From contig JAMWCD010000003.1 of NCBI GenBank assembly GCA_023818965.1, positions 126,533 to 190,532 of the forward strand: a stretch of 64,000 bases of DNA. Direction: 5' to 3'. Source of the DNA: Candidatus Omnitrophota bacterium. GTDB taxonomy: Bacteria > Ratteibacteria > UBA8468 > B48-G9 > DTJG01. The translations under genes and the position numbers were made by a program. The notes below the pieces were generated by a model, which was not told the origin of the DNA, did not search any database, and saw nothing but the letters and a program-made list of their open reading frames with translations. Position 1 is the stretch's first letter; each line of letters begins with the position of its first letter. Positions 39,261 through 48,637 of the stretch are shown one piece after another.

Positions 39261-39316
39261 TGCTTTAATTTTTACTCCCTGTTTGTTCTTTTATTTTAAT
39301 TATAATTGCGAATTGT

Positions 39317-40360
39317 TCAACTGCAAGTTAAAAACTTGATGTACTGCTGTGCAATTTTAAGATCTTCAAGTGCTTCGTCAGCGAGACATGCTGGTTGTGC
39401 CTTGCCTCTGACAGATTGAACAAAATTTAATGCCTGCTGGTACATTGCACTCACAGGCGGTAGATGTGGAATTATTGTCAACGGTTCAGGAACATCCCTA
39501 TAAATTTTTACGTTTCCGCATCTATTTGAAACAAGTGGAGCAGGAAGATAAATTTCAACAAATCCTTTTTCAAAACATACAACAACTTTTTCCTGCCAGT
39601 CGTTTGACGTTGTGTATGGTGCCATTTCAATAACACCTGTAATGTGTGAAACACTTTCTATAACCATCAAAACTTCGGATTTATCGGCATATTTTACTGA
39701 ATATGATTCTCCAAGAAAAAATCTCATCAAATTGACCTGATGGATGTAGTAATTGACAAATGAAAGATATTTTTCAAAAGTTTTTTTATCCATATCCTGC
39801 GGGATACTGTCATATTCAAGCGCGACCTTTTCATCTGTTTTAATCAGGCCTCTGAAACCACCTGCAATCCAGTCGCCTGGTGGCATTGTAATTCTGATAT
39901 ATCTCATTTTTCCCAGTTCATTGGTTTTTTTAAACTGTTCAATTTTTTGTTTTGCATAAATCACTGCAGGGTCATTTCTTTTATGATATCCCACCATCAC
40001 CCATGTTCCAGATTTTTTTATTTCCTGAATGATTTTTTCACCTGTTTCAACAGAACCAGCAAGTGGTTTTTCAATAAAAACAGGTTTCCTGACTTTCAGA
40101 ATTTCCTTTAAAACAATCAGATGCCTTGTAAATGGTTGTGAAGCAACAATGGCATCAAATTGTTCTTTTTCGATCATGTCAGAAAACTTCTCATAGGTAT
40201 TTTTAATTCCGTATCGCTGCGAAACCTTTGATGCAAGTTGCTTTTTAATTTCACAGATTGCAACAACTTCACAATCAGGGATTAAAACATAGTTTTTCAG
40301 ATGCGCACACTGACCCATTGAACCTGTTCCTACAAACACAATTTTTGTCTTTTCTTCCAT
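39317..40360 (-). CDS. Gfo/Idh/MocA family oxidoreductase
   Basis: KIVFVGTGSMGQCAHLKNY Rossmann N-terminus and EKPLA motif (FIEKPLAGS). Confidence 0.85.
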   Translation of the reverse strand: MEEKTKIVFVGTGSMGQCAHLKNYVLIPDCEVVAICEIKKQLASKVSQRYGIKNTYEKFSDMIEKEQFDAIVASQPFTRHLIVLKEILKVRKPVFIEKPLAGSVETGEKIIQEIKKSGTWVMVGYHKRNDPAVIYAKQKIEQFKKTNELGKMRYIRITMPPGDWIAGGFRGLIKTDEKVALEYDSIPQDMDKKTFEKYLSFVNYYIHQVNLMRFFLGESYSVKYADKSEVLMVIESVSHITGVIEMAPYTTSNDWQEKVVVCFEKGFVEIYLPAPLVSNRCGNVKIYRDVPEPLTIIPHLPPVSAMYQQALNFVQSVRGKAQPACLADEALEDLKIAQQYIKFLTCS

Positions 40361-40368
40361 AATACCCC

Positions 40369-41109
40369 CTATCCTGTAATCAATTTTATTGCCGCTATCA
40401 GAGTAAGTATCTTGATAATATTTTCAAATGTCTTCTGCGGTATAATTTTGATAATGTGAATACCTATTATTGCACCAACAATAATGGCTGGTGCCACCTT
40501 CAAATTCAGTAGTAGTGACTTTGAATTTATCAATCCAAGATTTACACTGAATGGGACTTTGAACCAGTTTAAGAGAAAAAAATACCAGGCACCAGTTCCA
40601 ATGAACTGTTGTTTTGGCAATCTCATTGCAAGAAGATAGATAATCATAATTGAACCAGCAGCATTGGCAATCATTGTCGTAAATCCTGCACTCAATCCAA
40701 TAATTCCTGCAAACCACCATTGAGCAGGGATATTCCATTGATTCAAGATATCGGCTTCATTGAGTCCGAGCATTAAAAGAACAATAAAGCCAATGATGGG
40801 TCTCAACTGCTGGTCATCCATTCTACCAAGAGCAAAATAACCTGCAATGATGCCGGCTGCTGCATAAGGTATCAGTTTGATCAGATATTTCCAGATTGCA
40901 TGCCGCCTGTAATATAAGACGGCAAAAACATCCCCTAAAATTAACATCGGCAAAATAATACCTGTTGACAATCTTGCAGGAATCACTATCGCAGCCATCG
41001 CAACTGCAAGCATTCCAATACCCGGAATACCTGTCTTTGATATGCCTATAAAAAAACCTGCAAGAAAAAGTATTACCCATCCCGCAACTGAAAGATTATA
41101 ATCGAACAT
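40369..41109 (-). CDS. TauE/SafE family (sulfite exporter-like) membrane protein
   Basis: Polytopic, with GISKTGIPGIGMLAV. Start set at ATG 41109 after GGAGAG. The track ORF begins at TTG 41124. Confidence 0.7.
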   Translation of the reverse strand: MFDYNLSVAGWVILFLAGFFIGISKTGIPGIGMLAVAMAAIVIPARLSTGIILPMLILGDVFAVLYYRRHAIWKYLIKLIPYAAAGIIAGYFALGRMDDQQLRPIIGFIVLLMLGLNEADILNQWNIPAQWWFAGIIGLSAGFTTMIANAAGSIMIIYLLAMRLPKQQFIGTGAWYFFLLNWFKVPFSVNLGLINSKSLLLNLKVAPAIIVGAIIGIHIIKIIPQKTFENIIKILTLIAAIKLITG

Positions 41110-41169
41110 AAACTTGCTCTCCAAACATAGCCATTATTATACACCCTTTTTGGAATCATTGCCCTTTTT

Positions 41170-41193
41170 TGATAAAATACACAGGACTATAAT
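41170..41193 (+). promoter_or_regulatory. candidate -10 elements for the GH38 gene
   Basis: TGATAAAAT (41170-41178) and TATAAT (41188-41193), followed by AGGAGG SD and ATG 41211. Confidence 0.4.
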
Positions 41194-41210
41194 TTTTTCA
41201 GGAGGCAAAC

Positions 41211-44180
41211 ATGAATAAAATTTTTGAAATAGAAAAAGCAATTGATAATGTTTTCACTGCCATTCACAATCAATTATGGATAAGGGAATGGGAATTCCAG
41301 ATTGTCAATAAAGAATATGATAAAGCACATTATGATGAAAAACGCTGGAAAAAAGTAAAAGACCCAAGCTGGTCAACTGGTGAAGGGACTGCCTTTTTGA
41401 GATATAAACTTATTGTACCATCAGAAATTGAAGGTATTCCAGTATCAGGGTCAGATATCAAAATTACATTTGTCTTTCCTTCTGGAATGATATTTTTTCT
41501 TGATGGCAAACAGATTTACGAGCAGAAGTTCTGGGCAGATATGAGGGTAGAGCCAATGACAATAATTGAAAATGCAGCATGCGGTGAAACTCACACACTT
41601 ATGGTTGTAGTGCCAAAGGGAGATGGTCATGGTGGAATTTTCGCTGAATTAAACCTTGAACCAGTAGAAAATATCCTTTTTGAATTATTCTCTATAAGGT
41701 ATCAACTTTTGTATGCAATGGAAATTGCAAAGAAAGTAAGAAATAAAAATTTCAAAAAAATCATTGATTCTGCTTTATCTGTGATTGAAGTGTCAGATAT
41801 TAATGAAAGACGCTGGGATAAGGTACTTGAACAAATAAAAGCGGCTGAAAATTTACTTGAACCATTCAGGCAATATGCAAAAAAAATAAATGTCCATCTT
41901 ATTGGGCATGCTCACATAGATATGAACTGGCTCTGGAATTACGAAGAAACAAAAAATGTCTGCATCAGGGATTTCAATTCAGTAATATCTCTGATGAAAG
42001 AATTTCCTGACTTAACGTTTTCACAGAGTCAATCCCATGTATATAAAATTGTTGAAGAAAACAAGCCAGAGATTTTTAAAGAAGTTTGTAAAAAAATAAA
42101 AGCAAAACGATGGGAAGTAAATACAAACGCCTGGGTGGAAAATGATTTAAATCTTGTTTGTGGAGAAAGCATTGTCAGACATATTCTTTATGCAAGAAAA
42201 TATGCAAAAGAAAAATTTGGAAACGTTTCATCTGTGATGTGGTGCCCTGATACCTTCGGTCATCCTGCAACAATGCCTTCCATCTGTTCTGATGCTGGCA
42301 TGAAATATTACTTCCACATGAGATGCGGAAGCCATTTCCCATTATACAGGTGGAAAGGTCCTGATGGAAGCGAGGTAATTGTTTATAAAGCAGTTTATAA
42401 TAACAAAATTTCTCCAGAAACAATTGCACCTGCACTGATAAAGTTTATCAACATGTTTCCTGATATATCTGAGATGATGTTTCCTTATGGTGTTGGTGAT
42501 CATGGAGGAGGACCAACAAAGCGTGACCACAAAATGAAGGAAAAGATGGATAAAAAACCTGTATTTCCAAATCTCATTTTCTCAACCGCAGAAAAATTTT
42601 TTACTTCAATTGAAAAATTCAGGAATAAACTTCCTGTCATTAAAGGAGAACTGAACACAATTTTTGAAGGTTGTTATACAACGCATTCAGACATCAAAGA
42701 TATCAACAGGAAATGTGAAGACATTCTCCTTACACTTGAAAGCATTATGGCTATCGCTGTGTGGAGAAAAAAGATTGAATCAGAAGACATAAAAAAATTG
42801 GAAAATTTGTGGCAGAAAACATTGTTCAATCAGTTTCATGATATTCTCTGCGGTTCTGCAATCAAAGAAGCATACAGGTATTCTGTGGAACTTGGAAATA
42901 GTGTAATTACAGAAGCAAAAAAACTGATGGAAAAGTATGTAAAAATCCTTTCAGGCGATGGGCAGGAAAACAATCTTGTAATATTCAATCCTTTATGTCG
43001 GGAAAGAAATTGTTTGATAAATATTCCTTCCTCGAATGAACATTTTCTTTTTGAGAAAATTCCTGCATGTGGACTTTTAATAAAAAATGCTGGTGAAATA
43101 AAGAAAAATTCATCCCGAACGATTGAGAAAAAATCTGAGGAAATATATGAAACAGAATTTTATACCATCACAATTGATAGAAAGACAGGCGTGATAAAAA
43201 ATCTTTATGATAAAAAGAATAAAAAAGATGTTGTTTCCATAGCCAGCCCAGCCATTGCTGAAGATCCCTGCTCATGGTGGGCAGAAACATCAAGCAATCT
43301 CATTTCTGTTCATTACGAACAACCACACCGAATGAGCGCCTGGATTATTGGAAACATTTTAAGTACAAAATATCTGTATGAAGCTGATTCAATCAATGTC
43401 AAGGATGAACCATTCAGAACGATTATTTCAGTGATAAGAAAATACAAAAGTTCTCTTATTACCCAAAAAATCATTTTGTATTCTGATTTTCCTTATATTG
43501 ATTTTGAAACACTTATTGACTGGAAGGAACAGGGAAATTCAATTAATGGAGTACCAATGGTGAGAACAAACTTCTCTTTTTCAATGAAAAATCCATCTGC
43601 ATATTATGAAATCCCATTTGGTTGCATTGAGAGAAATATTACAGGAAAAGAATATCCTGCAATCAGGTGGGCTGGAATGAAAGAAAAAAACTACTGGGCT
43701 GGGATAATTTTAAAAAACAGGCACGGTTTTAATGCTTCTGGAAGAACATTATCCTGCACACTTTTAAGAAATGCGTATGAACCTGATGCCCAATCAGACA
43801 CAGGTCATCACGAAATTTATTACAGATTATTTTTTGGAAAACTTAATCCTGTTGAAATCACAAAAATGGCAGAAGAATTTACTCTGATGCCAGTTGTTTT
43901 TGAAACAAATGCCGGATTAAAAAACATGACTCAATTATTTGAAATTAAAGGTAATGTGATTGTTTCATCTGTAAAACCTTCTCTTGATGGAAAGGCAATA
44001 GTCATTCGTGTTGTGGAAATGCTCGGGAAAAAACAAAAATTTACCATTATTTTTGATAGAAAACCAGAAAGTGTTTTTCGTGTAAATCTTAATGAACAGG
44101 AGATATCAAAAATTTTGTCTAAAAAATCAATTTCAATGGAGATTAATCCGTATGAAATTGTGTCTCTGAAAATTAAATAA
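41211..44180 (+). CDS. GH38 alpha-mannosidase
   Basis: HLIGHAHIDMNWLW (GH38 metal-binding signature) and FNQFHDILCGSAI, 989 aa. No signal peptide. Confidence 0.9.
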   Translation: MNKIFEIEKAIDNVFTAIHNQLWIREWEFQIVNKEYDKAHYDEKRWKKVKDPSWSTGEGTAFLRYKLIVPSEIEGIPVSGSDIKITFVFPSGMIFFLDGKQIYEQKFWADMRVEPMTIIENAACGETHTLMVVVPKGDGHGGIFAELNLEPVENILFELFSIRYQLLYAMEIAKKVRNKNFKKIIDSALSVIEVSDINERRWDKVLEQIKAAENLLEPFRQYAKKINVHLIGHAHIDMNWLWNYEETKNVCIRDFNSVISLMKEFPDLTFSQSQSHVYKIVEENKPEIFKEVCKKIKAKRWEVNTNAWVENDLNLVCGESIVRHILYARKYAKEKFGNVSSVMWCPDTFGHPATMPSICSDAGMKYYFHMRCGSHFPLYRWKGPDGSEVIVYKAVYNNKISPETIAPALIKFINMFPDISEMMFPYGVGDHGGGPTKRDHKMKEKMDKKPVFPNLIFSTAEKFFTSIEKFRNKLPVIKGELNTIFEGCYTTHSDIKDINRKCEDILLTLESIMAIAVWRKKIESEDIKKLENLWQKTLFNQFHDILCGSAIKEAYRYSVELGNSVITEAKKLMEKYVKILSGDGQENNLVIFNPLCRERNCLINIPSSNEHFLFEKIPACGLLIKNAGEIKKNSSRTIEKKSEEIYETEFYTITIDRKTGVIKNLYDKKNKKDVVSIASPAIAEDPCSWWAETSSNLISVHYEQPHRMSAWIIGNILSTKYLYEADSINVKDEPFRTIISVIRKYKSSLITQKIILYSDFPYIDFETLIDWKEQGNSINGVPMVRTNFSFSMKNPSAYYEIPFGCIERNITGKEYPAIRWAGMKEKNYWAGIILKNRHGFNASGRTLSCTLLRNAYEPDAQSDTGHHEIYYRLFFGKLNPVEITKMAEEFTLMPVVFETNAGLKNMTQLFEIKGNVIVSSVKPSLDGKAIVIRVVEMLGKKQKFTIIFDRKPESVFRVNLNEQEISKILSKKSISMEINPYEIVSLKIK

Positions 44181-44315
44181 ATTCTCATCATCAAAGGATA
44201 GATTTCACTTCCTGTTTTACTGAAATTCGTTCCTTACCATCAGTTCTTTGAGAGAAAGGGTTCAAGGATATAATGGTGAATAACGAAGAACCAAATTACC
44301 TGAAAAACACAAGGA

Positions 44316-44918
44316 ATGGAGAAATTAAAGTTAAAAAACACCGGGTTCACTCTTATTGAGACGCTTGTGGTGATAATAATTATATCAATTCTTGCAGGCA
44401 TTATTTTGCCTGTGATATCAAAGGCAAGAGAATCGGCAAGACGGGTGTTGTGCATGAATAATTTGAAACAACTCGGTATGACCATTGGAATGAAAATCCT
44501 TGATGGAACAGCAATATATTCTGAATCGTATTATGGAAATATCATCCGCAATGAAAATGGCGAATATGTCGGAATTGGCAGGTTTTATACAAGTGTAAGA
44601 AATATTGAAATCTATGGGTGTCCTTCAAGTAATTATGCAACTGGAGAACAGGTAAAAATGGCAAACGAAAAAACAGGAATTGTTGAATCTGCCTATGTTT
44701 ATAGACCAGAAATACAGGGTACTGGTGGCATTGTGGCAGTTTTGATGGACTTCAATATTGCGGAAGGCGAAAAATATAATCATAAGGGGATATTTGTAAA
44801 TATTCTTTTTTCTGATGGGCATGTCTCTGGAAAACCTGATAATAAAAAACAGTTAACACTAATTGATAATTCAATGTCAGAATATGAAAGGGTTTTCCTT
44901 CAAGCAGATAAAAACTGA
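44316..44918 (+). CDS. prepilin-type N-terminal cleavage/methylation domain protein, H-X9-DG-like
   Basis: [10 protein letters not shown]|[45 protein letters not shown]-terminal [18 protein letters not shown]. The start is fixed by an in-frame TGA 15 nt upstream. Confidence 0.85.
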   Translation: MEKLKLKNTGFTLIETLVVIIIISILAGIILPVISKARESARRVLCMNNLKQLGMTIGMKILDGTAIYSESYYGNIIRNENGEYVGIGRFYTSVRNIEIYGCPSSNYATGEQVKMANEKTGIVESAYVYRPEIQGTGGIVAVLMDFNIAEGEKYNHKGIFVNILFSDGHVSGKPDNKKQLTLIDNSMSEYERVFLQADKN

Positions 44919-44924
44919 TTACCT

Positions 44925-45665
44925 TTACAGTCCCCTGACAATTCTTGCTGCCAGAGAAGAAGGCAGTCCTGCCTCAATAATTTTTCTCGCAGTTGTCTCA
45001 ACAGGATAAGGTATCCTCCATAACTGAAACATTCTGCTTTCTTCATCGTAAATACCGCAGCATGCCTCTGGATTGCCATCTCTTGGCTGTCCAACACTTC
45101 CAACATTGATAATATATCTTTTTGTTTCTTCAAGTGTCATATAAATTCTTCCATCTGCCTGTTCGGCAATGATTGAAGGAATTTCCTGACCTGAATCAAG
45201 TACAAATGCCATTGGGAAATGGGTATGACCGACAAAACAATACTTAAATTCAAACTCATCAAACATCTTCTTTGCCTTTGTCCTTGAATTTGTGTAGAAA
45301 TACAATGGATTATTAAGACCACCGTGACATACAACAAAATCATCTATTTCAAGTGTTTCTTTCCATTTTACCATTTGTTCCACGTATTTTTCAGAAACAT
45401 TTTTTCTTGTCCAGTCCATTGAAATCTTTGCATCAAGAGTGAACCCTTCGTATTTACCTGTGATGAGCGCCTGTTCATGATTTCCTTTAATAAAAATCGT
45501 TTCAGGTGAATTGAAAAGGTCAAAACACTCCTGTGGATTTACTCCATAACCAACGATGTCTCCAAGAAAAATAATTTTTTCTACACGGCATTTCTGGAGA
45601 AATTCCTTTACTGCAAGACTGGCTTCTAAATTACCGTGGACATCAGAAATGATGCCGTAAAGCAT
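44925..45665 (-). CDS. metallophosphoesterase (calcineurin-like, YfcE/MJ0936-type)
   Basis: SDVHGN, GDIVGYG, GNHE and GHTH motifs in order. AGGAAA SD inside the kinase gene. Confidence 0.85.
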   Translation of the reverse strand: MLYGIISDVHGNLEASLAVKEFLQKCRVEKIIFLGDIVGYGVNPQECFDLFNSPETIFIKGNHEQALITGKYEGFTLDAKISMDWTRKNVSEKYVEQMVKWKETLEIDDFVVCHGGLNNPLYFYTNSRTKAKKMFDEFEFKYCFVGHTHFPMAFVLDSGQEIPSIIAEQADGRIYMTLEETKRYIINVGSVGQPRDGNPEACCGIYDEESRMFQLWRIPYPVETTARKIIEAGLPSSLAARIVRGL

Positions 45666-46437
45666 CTTTTTTCCTGTGGTATTCTATTAAAAATTCAAGA
45701 TCCTTGTACGCTGTGGAAGCATGTTCATATCTGCTTTTTGGATCAGGATTTATACAATTCTTCAGTATGGCTATGATATAATCAGGAACTTCACAATTAC
45801 ATTTGATTAAAAATTCCTCCACTACCTTGCCTAAACTGTAAATATCGCTTTTATATGTTGCCTGACCTGTTCTTCTTTCTGGTGCCATATATCTTTCTGT
45901 TCCTGCATAGGGGAATTTATCCCAGGAAAAGAAACTTTTTCTTGTCGCATACCCAAAATCAGTCAATTTGATTAACTGCATATCCGGAGAAATCAAAATA
46001 TTCTCGGGTTTCACATCCTTATGAACAATTTTATGCTCTTCAAGATGGGCAAGTGCAAGTAGCATTGCCTTGAAAATCATAATAACTTCATCAAGGGAAA
46101 AAGTCCTTTCCATAGACCACTGTCTCATACTTTTCCCTGGGACATATTCCATGATCATACCGATATCATGGTCATCCTGAAAAAATTTATATGCTTTTAC
46201 TATGTTTGGATGATTTAACTCCATTGCAATCATTGCCTGTTTTTTAAACTGAGCAATGTGTACTGAATTCCTGAATCTGGAACGGCGGGTATTTAATAAT
46301 TTTATTGCAACATAGGGACCATACTGGGAATTATTTGAAGTTGCTTTCGCAAGATAAACCCCGGATGTCGAGCCCTGCCATATTTGCTCAACTATCTCAT
46401 AATCTTCAATTACCTGACCAGCACGTTTGCTAACCAT
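45643..46437 (-). CDS. Hanks-type serine/threonine protein kinase, catalytic domain only
   Basis: VAIKLL (VAIK Lys), HKDVKPENILI (HRD-like catalytic loop), DFG and APE. Only 264 aa, with no extra domains. Confidence 0.85.
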   Translation of the reverse strand: MVSKRAGQVIEDYEIVEQIWQGSTSGVYLAKATSNNSQYGPYVAIKLLNTRRSRFRNSVHIAQFKKQAMIAMELNHPNIVKAYKFFQDDHDIGMIMEYVPGKSMRQWSMERTFSLDEVIMIFKAMLLALAHLEEHKIVHKDVKPENILISPDMQLIKLTDFGYATRKSFFSWDKFPYAGTERYMAPERRTGQATYKSDIYSLGKVVEEFLIKCNCEVPDYIIAILKNCINPDPKSRYEHASTAYKDLEFLIEYHRKKDALRHHF

Positions 46438-46478
46438 TTACATAATGACAATAAAATGAAAAAATTTTTTCTGCTTTT

Positions 46479-46507
46479 ATAGTACCCCATTTTACAAAAA
46501 TATGCAA
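46479..46507 (-). promoter_or_regulatory. sigma70-like promoter for the kinase/phosphoesterase pair
   Basis: Minus strand TTGCAT (46502-46507), 17 nt, TACTAT (46479-46484). Confidence 0.45.
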
Positions 46508-46537
46508 CAGTGATTTTATTTTGTCCAAAAACATCGG

Positions 46538-46543
46538 TAAAAT
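46538..46543 (+). promoter_or_regulatory. -10 box TAAAAT, 6 nt upstream of the HAD-AIRS fusion ATG
   Basis: TAAAAT 46538-46543, then ataaat, then ATG 46550. The TAA inside the box is in frame, so the ORF cannot extend upstream. No SD. Confidence 0.45.
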
Positions 46544-46549
46544 ATAAAT

Positions 46550-48190
46550 ATGGGTGTCAAAGGAATTATATTTGATTTTGATGGAACAATAGTAAGCCAG
46601 GAAATTGACTTTAAGGCAATTTTCCAGCAGATGCAACAACTTCTTCGTTCTTACAATCTCAAAGAACCAGAAGCAAAACTACCAATTCTTGAATATCTCA
46701 AAGAAGTGGAAAGATTGAACGGTAATTCTGCAAAGGAATTTCTCATCAATGCACATAAATTACTTCTTGAAAGAGAAAAGCAGGCATCAAAAAATGCTAA
46801 ACCCATTAAGGGAATACCTGAATTTTTGAACCAACTTTCAAAAAATTCATTCGCAATTGGCATCGTTACAAGAAACAGTAAAAAGGTCGTAAGTCACCTG
46901 CTGAAAAAGAAAAATCTTTGCTGCCATTGTTTACTTGCACGTGAAGATGTTCCAGAGGTTAAACCGCATCCTCTTCATATAGAAATGATGAGAAGAAAAC
47001 TAAAGATCAGGAAAGACGAAACACTTGTTGTCGGCGACCATCCTTTTGATATCATTGCTGCAAAAAAAGCAGGTGTTCTTTCGTGTGGTGTATTATCTGG
47101 AGGAAAAACTCCACAGGACTTTGTTGATGTATCTCCTGATTTCATTTACAATGATATCACTGAACTGGGTGGTTTCCTTGGAATTAAAAAATTACCAACC
47201 GGCAAACTTGAACAGCAGTTATTAAGATACCTCCTTGGTAGATACTGTACAGTTGACTCGAGTGTTCTCACAGGACCAGGGATAGGAATTGATGCAGCAG
47301 TGGTCAAAACTGATTCAAACATTCTGATAATGAAATCTGACCCGATTACACTTGTTTCAAAGGATATTGGTGAATATGCAGTGAGCATTAATTCCAATGA
47401 TGTTGTATGCCTTGGTGCTCAACCAAAATGGTTATTGACAACACTGATATTCCCAGAGGGAACAACATTTCCTGAGATTGAAAAAGTTTTCTCTGATATT
47501 TCACATGTTTGCAAAAAACAAAAAATATCATGGATTGGTGGTCATACTGAAATATCAAACAGTGTTTCAAAACCAGTCATTTCCTGTGCAATTGCAGGAG
47601 AAAGAATCAAAGGAATAAAAATTATTGAAAAAGCAATGCAGGGAGACGTTTTAATTGCTGTCAAACAAATCGGGATTGAGGGTGCTTCAATTCTCGCAAG
47701 GGAAGAACCCGCTCTTGCTGAGAAATTTCCATATGAAGTAAAAAAAGCATTAGATGCAATAAAAAAACCAGGCATTTCAATTGTTAAAGAGGCAATTTTT
47801 GCGTGGAAAACAATTCCAGTGGTCAGGATGCATGATCCAACAGAAGGGGGAATTGCCGCGGGAATTGCAGAACTCGCTGAATCAATTAATTGTGGGTTTA
47901 TTATTGAGGAAGAAAAAATTCCTTTATACAAACCTGCAAAAGTTTTTTCTGATTATCTTGGACTCAATGTTTTTGGTTTGATTTCTTCTGGATGCCTGCT
48001 TATTGTTGCAAGAAAAAAGGATGCAGAAAAATTGCTTTCTCTATATAAAAAACAAAAAATACCTGCAGCCATCATAGGCCATGTGATTGATGAAAAAGAA
48101 CTGCTTATAAAAAGGGAAAATGGGGATATAAGTTTCCTCAAATACTCTTCACAGGATGAAATTGTTCGTAATAATAATGGTGTGAACTGA
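46550..48190 (+). CDS. fusion protein: HAD phosphatase domain + AIR-synthase-related (PurM/HypE/ThiL superfamily) domain
   Basis: Residues 1 to about 215: GIIFDFDGTIV, VTRNS, GDHPFDIIAAKKAG (HAD motifs I-IV). From about residue 220: PTGKL...GPGIGIDAAVV...SNDVVCLGAQP...IGGHTE, typical of PurM-fold ATP-utilising enzymes. A single uninterrupted ORF. Confidence 0.7.
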   Translation: MGVKGIIFDFDGTIVSQEIDFKAIFQQMQQLLRSYNLKEPEAKLPILEYLKEVERLNGNSAKEFLINAHKLLLEREKQASKNAKPIKGIPEFLNQLSKNSFAIGIVTRNSKKVVSHLLKKKNLCCHCLLAREDVPEVKPHPLHIEMMRRKLKIRKDETLVVGDHPFDIIAAKKAGVLSCGVLSGGKTPQDFVDVSPDFIYNDITELGGFLGIKKLPTGKLEQQLLRYLLGRYCTVDSSVLTGPGIGIDAAVVKTDSNILIMKSDPITLVSKDIGEYAVSINSNDVVCLGAQPKWLLTTLIFPEGTTFPEIEKVFSDISHVCKKQKISWIGGHTEISNSVSKPVISCAIAGERIKGIKIIEKAMQGDVLIAVKQIGIEGASILAREEPALAEKFPYEVKKALDAIKKPGISIVKEAIFAWKTIPVVRMHDPTEGGIAAGIAELAESINCGFIIEEEKIPLYKPAKVFSDYLGLNVFGLISSGCLLIVARKKDAEKLLSLYKKQKIPAAIIGHVIDEKELLIKRENGDISFLKYSSQDEIVRNNNGVN

Positions 48191-48259
48191 TACCATCGCC
48201 TGTACTTGATTGCAAAACACAATATCCAAAAACCTGTGCCAATTTTTGAACCAATGTCA

Positions 48260-48523
48260 GGAGGCACCATTTTTGTTGATCAGATTAGTTTTCCCTGAAC
48301 CTTCACATTTAAATTCTTCAACTGGAAGATAGTAGGTTTCTATGATGGAAAACATCTGTGCCACAGTGAATCATCGCGAATTAACGATGCTATCTTTCTT
48401 GATATTGAAATCTTCAGAAAAGACATCAAGAGTTGCGGTAAATAAAGAGAAAATTTTAAATCTTGCTGGTAAGTGAATTTGCTGTAATAATGCAAAAAGG
48501 CAGGGAAAACGTTCTAACAAAAA
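48260..48523 (-). pseudogene. possible decayed gene remnant: 88-codon frame with one internal TGA
   Basis: Own translation: FLLERFPCLFALLQQIHLPARFKIFSLFTATLDVFSEDFNIKKDSIVNSR*FTVAQMFSIIETYYLPVEEFKCEGSGKTNLINKNGAS*. The in-frame TGA is at 48371-48373. No family recognised. Confidence 0.2.
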
Positions 48524-48608
48524 TTACAGTAATAATCTATCAATAAAATTTGTGCTTTCATTCCATTGGCACTAAGTAGAATTTCCCTTTTTCATCCCGA
48601 ACATCTTT

Positions 48609-48637
48609 TTGCATCTCTTTTATCCCTGTTGTATAAT
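48609..48637 (+). promoter_or_regulatory. near-consensus sigma70 promoter placed for a leaderless transcript of the receiver gene
   Basis: TTGCAT (48609-48614), exactly 17 nt, TATAAT (48632-48637), then attttt, then ATG 48644. Confidence 0.6.

Noticed and set aside
46438-46443. ATG-TAA start-stop mini-ORF abutting the kinase ATG (ATGTAAATG).
   Set aside because: Such strings arise easily by chance in AT-rich spacers. There is no SD for it and no supporting evidence.
48371-48373. In-frame TGA in the 48.3-kb broken frame as possible selenocysteine or alternative genetic code (TGA sense).
   Set aside because: TGA clearly terminates many well-supported genes in this window (rpe, lpdA, lipA, ybaB, the GH20-like gene), including the ATGA junctions. 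I see no SECIS-like hairpin either.
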